Assembly: GCA_963716175.1 (NCBI GenBank)
Contig: OY970296.1
Span: 3,808,001 to 3,872,000 of the forward strand
Length of the DNA stretch: 64,000 bases
Source: an uncultured Armatimonadetes bacterium
GTDB taxonomy: Bacteria > Armatimonadota > Hebobacteria > Hebobacterales > Hebobacteraceae
Reading direction: 5' to 3'
Position numbers and translations under genes: made by a program. Below the pieces are notes generated by a model. It did not search any database. It had not been told where the DNA came from and saw nothing but the letters and a program-made list of their open reading frames with translations. Positions 1-8,793 of this stretch are shown one piece after another (the first letter of the stretch is position 1; every line of letters begins with the position of its first letter).

Positions 1-786
1 GCGGCGGCGAAGAAGCACATCCTGTGCGAGAAGCCGATGGCCCTCACCGCCGCCGATTGCGACGCCATGATCGCGGCGGCGAAGAAGGCGGGAGTCAACT
101 TCATGGTCGCGCATGTCATCCGCTTCTGGCCCGAGTACGCCGTGATCAAGCAGATCCTCGATTCCGGCCGCTACGGCAAGATCAGATGGGCCAGCGCCAA
201 CCGGGTTTCCCCGCCTCCCAGTTGGTCGTGGAAGGAATGGCTGTTCGACGGCAAGCTCAGCGGGGGTGCCGTGCTGGACTTGCACATCCACGACCTGGAC
301 TTCCTGGCCTGGATCATGGGGATGCCCAAGACCGTCTTCGCCGCGGGTGTCGCCAGCAAGCGCGGCGGCCTGGACAACGTCTGGACCACCACCACCGGCT
401 ATCCCAACGGCGCGGTCGGCTCAGCCGAGGGATCGCTCGACATGGCGGCGGGCTTCCCCTTCACCATGGCCGCGAAGATCGCGCTGGAGGGGGCCTGCAT
501 CGAGTTCAACTCCCGCCTGACCCCGAGCCTGCTGGTGGCGCTGCCGGATGGCAAGGTCGAGCACCCACCCGTGCCGCAGCCGGAGGTCCCAGTCACCGCC
601 GGGGCCGGTTCGGCGGGCAATATCTCGGCCCTCGGTGGCTACTTCGTCGAGGTGAAGTACTTCGTGGACTGCCTGGACAAGAAGCAGACGCCCACGGTGG
701 TCACGCCGGAGGAAGCCAAGACCGCGGTGCAGCTCTGCCTCGCTGCCGCTCAGTCAGCCAGGTCGGGCCAGCCGGTGAAGCTGTAG
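1..786 (+). CDS. Gfo/Idh/MocA family oxidoreductase (5' partial)
   Basis: Frame is open from base 1: HILCEKPMA, AHVIRFWPEY, GGAVLDLHIHDLD motifs. Confidence 0.9.
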   Translation, partial: AAAKKHILCEKPMALTAADCDAMIAAAKKAGVNFMVAHVIRFWPEYAVIKQILDSGRYGKIRWASANRVSPPPSWSWKEWLFDGKLSGGAVLDLHIHDLDFLAWIMGMPKTVFAAGVASKRGGLDNVWTTTTGYPNGAVGSAEGSLDMAAGFPFTMAAKIALEGACIEFNSRLTPSLLVALPDGKVEHPPVPQPEVPVTAGAGSAGNISALGGYFVEVKYFVDCLDKKQTPTVVTPEEAKTAVQLCLAAAQSARSGQPVKL

Positions 787-832
787 GGCGGTCCACTCAT
801 ACCGCGGAGACGCGGAGAACGCGGAGAGTTTG

Positions 833-986
833 CTGTAGGGCGCGGTCTCCCGATGGCTAGGCCCTTCGGGCCGCTGGCTAGGCCGGCAGAGCCGGCCGCC
901 ATCCCGGCCCTATCGGGCCCAGGGACATCCCGGCCTCCACAGGCCTAGGGACCGCGCCTGGCGGCATCAGGGGATGCCGCCCTACA
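833..986. repeat. GTAG-type REP/REPIN-like element
   Basis: Ends TGTAGGGCG...CGCCCTACAG; homologous to 4186-4286 in opposite orientation, with an internal duplication. Confidence 0.7.
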
Positions 987-1046
987 GTGGGGCCGCCGGT
1001 GTTTCGGGACTTCAGTCCCGAAACCATCTTGCCCGGCCGCCGCCTG

Positions 1047-1511
1047 CTATCGGCCTCTCTTCTCGCGCAGCCCATCCAGATCGGTGATCAACGCGTCCAG
1101 CGCAGAGAGCGCATCTGTGGACTGCTCGCCCACCAGTCGCTGGACCTCGCCGGTGCGATCACGCACCCGGTTCACCGCCTCGCGGTCGGCGTCCGGCGCC
1201 ACCTGCTCCAGCTCCAGCAGAGTCACCATCTCGTTGACCCGCGAGAGCCGGCGCTGGGCGTCTCCCCAGTTACTGGCGAGGATTGAGACTCGGGCCGCTT
1301 GCGCCTGGGTCACCGCCTCCCCCGCAGCGAAGTTGACTGCCACCAGGAGCCGGCCCTCTGCCTGCCTGCGAACCCTCTCGGCGTCGGCCAGCCTCCTCGC
1401 CCCAATCGCCATCATGGCCCAGCCCAGGGCCACCGCGATCACCAGACCAATGACTGCAATCAGGTAGCCAAACAGCGGAGAGCTCTGGCGCGATTCCCTC
1501 TGCTCGCCCAT
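1047..1511 (-). CDS. Hypothetical membrane-anchored helical protein
   Basis: GGAGG RBS before ATG, N-terminal TM helix, coiled-coil-like remainder. Confidence 0.7.
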   Translation of the reverse strand: MGEQRESRQSSPLFGYLIAVIGLVIAVALGWAMMAIGARRLADAERVRRQAEGRLLVAVNFAAGEAVTQAQAARVSILASNWGDAQRRLSRVNEMVTLLELEQVAPDADREAVNRVRDRTGEVQRLVGEQSTDALSALDALITDLDGLREKRGR

Positions 1512-1541
1512 GGTTGCCTCCCAGGCCCGGGGACGGAAACC

Positions 1542-2624
1542 CTAGATCCCCTCGCCTGAGGCAGGCTGTTCGGCAGCAGGCGCCTCCTCCCTGCTCTCTT
1601 CGTGGCGATGCGCGGCGTTGGTCGCCGTCACGCGTTCGACCAGGGCCTCCACCAGCGCGGGCTGCCACTGGCTGCCCGCGCCCTTGCGCAGCACCTCCAG
1701 TGCCGACGGCACGCTCAGCCGGGTGCGGTAGGGCCGGTCGCTGGTGAGCGCGTCGAAGGCATCGGCTACGGCCAGCACCCGTGCCCCGAAGGGAATGGCG
1801 GCGCCTGCGAGTCCGTCCGGGTATCCACCACCCGAGTACCACTCGTGGTGATGTCGCACCATGCGCACGACCTCGGCGTCAATCAAGGTGGGAGCGAGGA
1901 TGCGCTCGGCCAGCGTCGGATGCGATTGCACCTGGTGGTACTCGGCCTCGGTCAGGGGCCCCGGCTTCACCAGCACCGCCTCCCGCACCCCGATCTTGCC
2001 GATATCGTGCAGTTGCCCGGCCAGCCGGATGCGCTGCAGTTCGTCTCGCCCCGCCCCGAAGGCCTGCGCGATCTGGGCCGCGGTGCGACTCACCCGTTCC
2101 GAGTGCCCCTTCGTGTACTTGTCCTTCGCCTCCAGCGCGGACGACAGTGACCTGATGGCGCCCAGGAACAGGCGCCGGGCGGCGCGGGTCTGCCGCCTGA
2201 CACCGGCCTCGAGCGCGTTCTGGTGCTCCCGGCTCTCCAGCATCAGGCGGCGGCGCTCCAGCGCGCGATCTACGCGGACCAGCAAGTCGTCCAGATCGAA
2301 CGGCTTGGTGAGGTAGTCATAGGCCCCGGCCTGCATGCAAGCGACAGCAGTGCGGGTGTCCGCTGTCGCCGTGCTGATCACCACCGCGGTCGTGGGCCAG
2401 CGCTCGAAGATCACGGTGGCCAGGTCCCGGCCGTTCATCCCCGGGAGCTTCAGCTCGATCATCGCCAGCGCGAACTCCCTCTCGGAGAGCGCCGCCAGCG
2501 CGGCGGGCGCATCCGGGACTGTCTCAACCTCCCAGCCCGCGTCTTTGAGCACCCGCGCCAGCAGCGCTCGCACCAGGGGTTCGTCGTCCACCACCAGAAT
2601 CCGAGGCGACACTCCCTTGCTCAT
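1542..2624 (-). CDS. Response regulator with HD-GYP phosphodiesterase domain
   Basis: ILVVDDE receiver, AYDYLTKPF, HDIGK, HHEWYSGGGYP; start taken at MSKGVSPRIL. Confidence 0.9.
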   Translation of the reverse strand: MSKGVSPRILVVDDEPLVRALLARVLKDAGWEVETVPDAPAALAALSEREFALAMIELKLPGMNGRDLATVIFERWPTTAVVISTATADTRTAVACMQAGAYDYLTKPFDLDDLLVRVDRALERRRLMLESREHQNALEAGVRRQTRAARRLFLGAIRSLSSALEAKDKYTKGHSERVSRTAAQIAQAFGAGRDELQRIRLAGQLHDIGKIGVREAVLVKPGPLTEAEYHQVQSHPTLAERILAPTLIDAEVVRMVRHHHEWYSGGGYPDGLAGAAIPFGARVLAVADAFDALTSDRPYRTRLSVPSALEVLRKGAGSQWQPALVEALVERVTATNAAHRHEESREEAPAAEQPASGEGI

Positions 2625-2781
2625 GACCCTTCCCCAGCGAGGACCGCGGTATGAGCAGGCCGCGGGGCTGGCGCCCGGAAGCTCAACGGGCGCCCATCGG
2701 TGCTGCCCCCTGTGCAAGGCTGCCGCGACCCCACCCCAATCCGACTGACCTGACACCGCCCCCTGACCAGGTCGTCCGGCC

Positions 2782-2823
2782 AAACGAAAACCCCTCTCAT
2801 CATGGCTCCGCTCATGAGAGGGG
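2782..2823 (-). terminator. Intrinsic terminator-like hairpin in the leader of the HD-GYP gene
   Basis: 10-bp stem CCCCTCTCAT/ATGAGAGGGG followed by TTTTCGTTT on the minus strand. Confidence 0.5.
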
Positions 2824-2961
2824 GATCTGCGCTCCGGGCCCAACTGCATCAAACTAGCACGCACCTTCGGTTTTGTCCACCCCCTGTGCGTCCAACCAAC
2901 GTACAAACAGGCCGCCATCCGTTGGAGCCTGGGCGCGACCAGAACCGGCGCTATCCTGCGA

Positions 2962-2990
2962 TTGACACAGCCGTGGCCCCGTGATAGAGT
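2962..2990 (+). promoter_or_regulatory. Sigma70-type promoter for the DUF362 gene
   Basis: TTGACA-17bp-TAGAGT with extended TG. Confidence 0.55.
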
Positions 2991-3094
2991 CCCCATTGGC
3001 CAGCCGGGCGGGTAGGTAGCGCCCGGCGCTTTATGGCCATCGCCAGAAGCGAGCCCCTTGCCGGTTCCGGCAACACAGCACAGGGAGTGATCAC

Positions 3095-4189
3095 ATGTCC
3101 AGCACAGTCTACTTCGCCTCCGCCCGGGTGAAGCGCCTCGCGGCCGAGGACACCCTTCCAGCCAAGTTCCAGCGCATGCTGGATCGCCTCGATCTCAAGT
3201 CCAGGTTCGGCAACCGGCGCGTGGCGATCAAAATGCACGTCGGGGGCCACCTCGGCTACACCACGATCCATCCTCTCTTCATCCGCCTGCTCATCTCGAA
3301 GCTCAAGGAGGCTGGCGGCGAACCCTTTCTCACCGATGGCTCCTTCGCCGTGGCCGAGGCGGTCGGGCGCGGCTACACCCAGGAGGTGCTGGGCGCGCCC
3401 ATCCAGCCAGTGGGCGGGACGCACGACAAGTACTTCTACCCCCGCTCAGTGAACTACCGGACGCTGGAGAAGGTCCACGTCGCCGGCAACATCGCCGATG
3501 CGGAAGCCATGATCGTGCTCAGCCACGCCAAAGGCCATGGCCAGTCCGGCTTCGGCGCCGCCATCAAGAACATCGCCATGGGTTGTGTCACGGAGCAGAC
3601 GCGGGGCTGGATTCATAGCCTCATGGACACCCAGTTTCAATGGAACGCGGAGGCCTGCACCCACTGCTACGTCTGCCGGGAGAACTGCCCGGGCGGCGCC
3701 ATCTCCTTCAACAAGAAGGACGAGCTCCGCATCTTCTCTCATCACTGCCGCTATTGCATGCACTGCGTGGACTCATGCCCGGCCGACGCCATCACCATCA
3801 ATCTAGAGGGCATGCGCTACTTCCAGGAGGGCATGGCCCGCGTGGTCAAGACGGTGCTCGAGGGATTCGAGCAGAGCCGCGTGCTCTATATCAACGCGCT
3901 CCTCAACATCACCCCACTGTGTGATTGCTGGGGATTCACTACCCCCTCCCTGGTGCCCGACATCGGCATCATGGCCAGCGAGGACATCGTCGCCATCGAG
4001 CAGGCCACCCTGGATTCGATCAAAGCTGAGAACTACATCCCGGGCAGCCTTCCCGAGCAGGTGAAGATGAGCGAGGGAGACGGTCACCTGTTCCAGCGCA
4101 TCTGGGCCAAGGACCCCTACCTCCAGGTCGAGACCGCGGCCGAGCTGGGCCTGGGGAGCCGCGATTACGAGATCGTCGAGGTCGAGTAG
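3095..4189 (+). CDS. DUF362 domain protein with 2x[4Fe-4S] ferredoxin insert
   Basis: VAIKMHVG, SHAKGH, GAAIKNIAMG, CTHCYVCRENCP and CRYCMHCVDSCP. Confidence 0.85.
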   Translation: MSSTVYFASARVKRLAAEDTLPAKFQRMLDRLDLKSRFGNRRVAIKMHVGGHLGYTTIHPLFIRLLISKLKEAGGEPFLTDGSFAVAEAVGRGYTQEVLGAPIQPVGGTHDKYFYPRSVNYRTLEKVHVAGNIADAEAMIVLSHAKGHGQSGFGAAIKNIAMGCVTEQTRGWIHSLMDTQFQWNAEACTHCYVCRENCPGGAISFNKKDELRIFSHHCRYCMHCVDSCPADAITINLEGMRYFQEGMARVVKTVLEGFEQSRVLYINALLNITPLCDCWGFTTPSLVPDIGIMASEDIVAIEQATLDSIKAENYIPGSLPEQVKMSEGDGHLFQRIWAKDPYLQVETAAELGLGSRDYEIVEVE

Positions 4190-4286
4190 GGCCGCCTCCC
4201 CCAATGCTGCCTGGCGGGGTCCCTAGGCCTGTAGAGGCCGGGATGGCGGCCCAGAGGGCCTAGCCATCAGGAGACCCCGCCCTACA
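4186..4286. repeat. GTAG-type REP/REPIN-like element between convergent genes
   Basis: GTAGGGC...CGCCCTACA; both flanking TAG stop codons lie in its GTAG ends. Confidence 0.7.
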
Positions 4287-5885
4287 GGCCCGTCCGCGTC
4301 AGCACCCTCCCAGGCCGGCGGCCGTGGTGCTTCTCGCCCTCCAGCTCGATGACACCATTGACGATCACATAGTGAATGCCAGCCGGGTACTGATGTGGGG
4401 CCTGGTAGGTGGCCCGATCTGCGATTGCAGCCGGGTCGAACACCACCAGGTCCGCGGCCAGGCCCGCCCCGATCTTGCCCCGGTCGCTCAGCCCCAGCTT
4501 CTCTGCCGGCCGGCTGGTCATTTTCGCGACCGCCGCCTCGAGTGGCAGCGCCTTCAGCTCCCGGACGTAGCGCGCCAGCACCCGCGGGAACGTGCCATAG
4601 CTGCGAGGATGGGGATGGCCCTGCCCCAACGTGCCATAGGTCGCCAGCGCGGCCGCATCTGACCCGATGATGGCGACGGGATGCGCGATGATCCGCGTCA
4701 CGTCCTCTTCGCTCATCCCGAAGCCCACCATGCTCACCTGCCCTCGTTCGGCCGCCAGCAGGTCGAGCACCACCTCCTCCGCGGGAACCTGACGCCGTGC
4801 GGCGATCTCGGCGAGAGTCATGCCCTGAAGCGGCCGGTTGGCCTCGCTCTCGACTGATGCCACCATGCGCCGTTCCCAACGCCCCGGATCGGTAGCTGCG
4901 GCCGCGGCCAGCTCGCCGCGCAACCGCACCCGCACCTCCGGGTACCCAAGCCGCTTCACCATCGCCTCCACCCCGCCCTCCCGCGCCCAGGCCGGGAGCA
5001 GCTGCGACAGGCCCGTGTTCCAGGCGGTGTAAGGGTAGACGTCGAAGCTCACGTCAACCCCCTCCTGGCGCGCGCCCTCGATCGCCGCCAGCGCGGTCTC
5101 CGCTTTCCCCCAGTTGGCGCGGCCCTCCGACTTCAGATGCGCGATCTGCACCGGCGCGCCGGCCTGCCGCCCAATCTCGACTGCCTCCCCAATCGCCGCC
5201 AGCAGCCGCTCGTCCTCCCCCCGGATGTGGCTGAAGTAGACCCCGCGCCAGGGGGCCATAGCTCGCGCCACGGCCGCGATCTCATCCCGTGTGGCGAACA
5301 TCCCCGGCACGTAGGCCAGCCCCGTGGAGAGCCCGAACGCCCCTGCTTCCATCGCCTCCCGGACCGCCTGCTGCATCTGCTCCAGCTCGGCCCCGATCGG
5401 CGCCCGGTTCTCCTCCCCCATCACGGCCGCGCGGATTACTCCGTGCCCTACCACCGCTGCTACGTTTACCGAAGCAGGACGCGCCCGCAGCACAGCCAGA
5501 TACTCTCCGAAGCTCCCCCAGGTCCAGTCCACCTCTTGCGCCCAGGCCCCGAACATGGCGCGAAGCTCCCCCCGGCGCGCCCCGGGGCCGGCGCAGGCGA
5601 GAAGCCACATTGGCCAATCACCTCGGTGGTCACACCCTGCCGCAGCTTGCTCTCCGCGTTGGGGTTGATCAAGAGGGAGAGGTCGGAATGCGAGTGCATG
5701 TCAATGAACCCGGGCGCGACCACCAGGCCACTCACGTCCAGCGCCCTCTTCGCCTGCCACCCGGGTAGGTCTCCCACCGCCGCCACGCGGTCCCCTCGAA
5801 TCGCCACCTCCCCGCGCCGGGCGCCGGACCCGGTCCCGTCTACTACCATCCCATCGCGCAGCAGCAGATCGCAATGCTCTGTCAT
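4282..5885 (-). CDS. N-acyl-D-amino-acid deacylase (D-aminoacylase), frameshifted near 5581
   Basis: PGFIDMHSHSD and QGVTTEVIGQCG in ORF 5466-5885; GLSTGLAY, HPRSYGTFPR in ORF 4282-5610; one extra G in a G-run joins them. Confidence 0.85.
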
Positions 5886-5917
5886 CTTCCCTTGTCACTC
5901 CTCCTGCCAGACCTACT

Positions 5918-6018
5918 GGGCTTCGCCCAAAGAAGTAACGCGGCGAAGCTCAGGCAACTGCTCAGACGGGCCCAGAGCAGCGTGCGCACATTACTTCCTT
6001 GTGCGAACGCCATTAGTC
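5918..6018. other. Double-palindrome element with complementary cores, copy 1
   Basis: Hairpin with GAAGTAA core and hairpin with TTACTTC core; second copy at 18657-18757. Confidence 0.75.
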
Positions 6019-6112
6019 TACCGTGCCCGGTAGCGATTCACCTCTGACAGCCGAATCGGCTCGCCCAACCTTACGCTGTGCACCGGTCGCGACACGCGGG
6101 CTCGGCGTGCAG

Positions 6113-6142
6113 TTGACACGCGCCCGCGGTCCCTGCTACGTT
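6113..6142 (+). promoter_or_regulatory. Sigma70-type promoter
   Basis: TTGACA-18bp-TACGTT with extended TG. Confidence 0.45.
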
Positions 6143-6177
6143 CAGACGGCACTACTTATTAGCAGGGAGAAGACATC

Positions 6178-6438
6178 ATGCGAGTGCGGTTCAGCCTCGA
6201 GGCGGCAGGGGCCAGGCAAGTGCTCCTGGCCGGAGATTTCACGGATTGGGACGCCAAGGCGCGTGCCATGCGCCGCGCCTCGCCCCGCGCCCGCACCTTC
6301 ACCACCAGTGTCAGCCTCTCGCCTGGCGCCTACGAATACAAGTTCATCGTGGACGGCCAGTGGGTGGCAGACCCGAAGGCCGAATCCGTCCCCAATTCCT
6401 TCGGCACCGAGAACTCCCGGCTCGTCGTCGGCCGCTGA
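6178..6438 (+). CDS. Stand-alone glycogen-binding (AMPK-beta/CBM48-like) domain protein
   Basis: VLLAGDFTDW, LSPGAYEYKFIVDGQWVADP, NSFGTENS. Confidence 0.85.
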   Translation: MRVRFSLEAAGARQVLLAGDFTDWDAKARAMRRASPRARTFTTSVSLSPGAYEYKFIVDGQWVADPKAESVPNSFGTENSRLVVGR

Positions 6439-6610
6439 ACTCGCCGCTGCCATCGCCTGTGGCGCGGGAAGCCCGGTGCTCCCGGCGATCCTCTGGCCCT
6501 CTGCCGCTCCGCCGAGCAGTTTCGCCACCCAATACGGGCCGCCTCTGTTCCAGGTTTGTGCTATAATCCGCCCTGCGCGTGCACGTCAGAGCGCAGCCCA
6601 GGAGGCCCGC

Positions 6611-7687
6611 TTGGAGCGAAAGCTGAGGATCGCCATCGCCGGCACCGGTTTCGGGGAGAAGTACGTCACCGGGTTGAAGGCTCTTCCCCAGGTCGAGGTG
6701 GTTGGCATCTACAGCCGCCGGCCGGAACGCGCGGCGGCGATGGCCGAACGCTTCCAGATCCCCTACTCGACCCGCCATCTCCACGTGCTGCTGGCCCTCC
6801 CCGGTCTGCAGGCGGCGGCCGTGGTGACACCGAACAGCACCCACGCCGAGTTCGTGCGCGCCGCGGTGCAGGCGCGCAAGCACGTGATCTGCGACAAGCC
6901 CCTCGCCCTTAGCGCCCAGGAAGGGGCCGAGCTCTGCCAACTGGCGGAAGCAGTTGGGGTCAAGCACGTCACCTTCGTGCCGTACCGCTTCTCCCCCGCC
7001 GCGGCGGCGATGAAAGCCGCCATAGAAGACGGACAGATCGGCCGGGTGATCAAGGTGAAGGCGAACTGGGGTGTGGACCTGCGGGGCGAGCCGCTGCGCT
7101 GGCGCTTCCAAAGTAAGCTCTCCGGGCCCGGGGTGGTGGCCGACCTGGGTGCGCACGTGCTCGATCTGGTTACCTGGTGGGTGGGGCCCATTCGCCGCGT
7201 GCTGGGCCGCTGCCGCACCCTGGTCCCCCTCCGGCCCACCGAGGTCGGTGGGCGCATGAAAGAGGTGGATGTGCCGGACGAGTGCTGGGCCCTGCTGGAG
7301 TTCGCCAGCGCCGGCGTGGGAAGTGTCGCCTTGAGCTGGAACGAGCAGCGGGATCAGCGCATCGAGATCGAGGGCGAGCGCGGCACCCTGATCTACGAAT
7401 CGCCTTCCCTGCTCCAGTGGCTGGAGGGGAAGGGCCCCTTCCGCCCCTCGGTCACCCTGGTCAGGACCGGAGAAGCGGGCCGCAGGGCCCAGCTTCCGCT
7501 CCCCGGCCTCCCGGAGTTCTCCGCCCCGGAGCCAGCGCTGGCCCGCATGTTTGGCGACATCGTCTCCTACCTGCTGGGCGATGAGAAGACCGAACCCGTT
7601 GCTACCTTCCAGGAGGGGGCCGAGGTGTTGAAGGTGGTTGACGCCATCGTGGCCTCAGACCAGGCCGGGCGCTGGCTGGAGGTATAG
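6611..7687 (+). CDS. Gfo/Idh/MocA family oxidoreductase
   Basis: IAIAGTGFG, HVICDKPLA, GVVADLGAHVLD; TTG start after GGAGG; TGcTATAAT at 6559-6567. Confidence 0.85.
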   Translation: MERKLRIAIAGTGFGEKYVTGLKALPQVEVVGIYSRRPERAAAMAERFQIPYSTRHLHVLLALPGLQAAAVVTPNSTHAEFVRAAVQARKHVICDKPLALSAQEGAELCQLAEAVGVKHVTFVPYRFSPAAAAMKAAIEDGQIGRVIKVKANWGVDLRGEPLRWRFQSKLSGPGVVADLGAHVLDLVTWWVGPIRRVLGRCRTLVPLRPTEVGGRMKEVDVPDECWALLEFASAGVGSVALSWNEQRDQRIEIEGERGTLIYESPSLLQWLEGKGPFRPSVTLVRTGEAGRRAQLPLPGLPEFSAPEPALARMFGDIVSYLLGDEKTEPVATFQEGAEVLKVVDAIVASDQAGRWLEV

Positions 7688-7719
7688 AGCCAGGCAGGAG
7701 CCTGCCCGCCAGCTTACCG

Positions 7720-8793
7720 CTAGCCTCCCCCGAACTTCACGATTCGCACGACATCCTTGTAGGTAAGCACGAGCACCAGCAAGAGCAGCAGGGCGAATCC
7801 GACCAGGTGGACTATCACCTCTTTGCGCTTGTCGAAGGGCTTGCGTCGGATGGCCTCGATCGCCAGAATGAAGAGGCGGCTGCCGTCGAGGGGAGGGATG
7901 GGCAGCAGGTTCAGGAAACCAATGCCCACGGTGAGCGCGGCGGCCGTGCTCAGGAACCCCAGCCACCCCACTCTGGCTTCGGTGTAGAGCGTGTGTGCCA
8001 CTCCCACCGGCCCCATCAGCACCAGTGGCATCTTCCCCACCACCACGGCCTTAAGGTAGATGGCCAGCATCTTCACCATGGCGTAGGTCTCGACGAACCC
8101 CGAGACCACCGACTTGTAGACCCCAATCCGCTGCATGCGGAGACGGAACACGATCCCGATGCGGCCCACTGGTCTGTAGACCAGCTTCTTCCCGACCACC
8201 TCTGGCACTGAGGCCTGCTCCGGCCGAAGCGTCAGGCTCAGGTGCTTCTCGCCCCGCGCGACCTCCAGCGTGATGGGCTTACGGGCGCGGCCCTGGATCG
8301 CGGCCTGAACCTGCTCCAGAGGCAGGTTGAAGCGCCCATCGAACCCGACCAAGCGGTCTCCGGACATCAAGCCGGCCTTGGCCGCGGGCGAGCCGACGAA
8401 CACCTTCTCGATCACGTTGTCAACCGCGATCGGCTTGCCGATCACGGCCCCGATAAAGATGAAGATCGCCACCCCCAGCAAGAAGTTCATCAGACAGCCC
8501 AGCACCAGCACCAGGGCCTGCACCAGCCGGTTCTTCTTGTCGAAGCCCTGCGGGTGGTCGTCTCCCGGCTCCATCCCCGCGATGCGCACGTAGCTGAAGA
8601 AAGGCCACAGCCGGAACGAGTATTGGGTATCCCGGCGACGCACCCAGAACAGGAGGGGGCGGCCGAAGCCAATCGAGAACTCGTACACGGCCATGGCAAA
8701 GAGCCGGGCTCCGAGGAAGTGCCCGGCCTCGTGGACGAACACCGTGACCCCGAACGCGAGGCCGATGGCAATGATCTGGCCGGCTACGCCCAT
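7720..8793 (-). CDS. rseP: Site-2 metalloprotease RseP (M50, PDZ)
   Basis: HEAGH, FSIGFG, PDZ, NLLPIPPLDG; follows dxr. Confidence 0.9.
   Translation of the reverse strand: MGVAGQIIAIGLAFGVTVFVHEAGHFLGARLFAMAVYEFSIGFGRPLLFWVRRRDTQYSFRLWPFFSYVRIAGMEPGDDHPQGFDKKNRLVQALVLVLGCLMNFLLGVAIFIFIGAVIGKPIAVDNVIEKVFVGSPAAKAGLMSGDRLVGFDGRFNLPLEQVQAAIQGRARKPITLEVARGEKHLSLTLRPEQASVPEVVGKKLVYRPVGRIGIVFRLRMQRIGVYKSVVSGFVETYAMVKMLAIYLKAVVVGKMPLVLMGPVGVAHTLYTEARVGWLGFLSTAAALTVGIGFLNLLPIPPLDGSRLFILAIEAIRRKPFDKRKEVIVHLVGFALLLLLVLVLTYKDVVRIVKFGGG

Noticed and set aside
5980-6010. The chromosomal dif site
   Set aside because: No XerD-type arm (TTATGTTAAAT), the core is longer than 6 bp, and there are two copies
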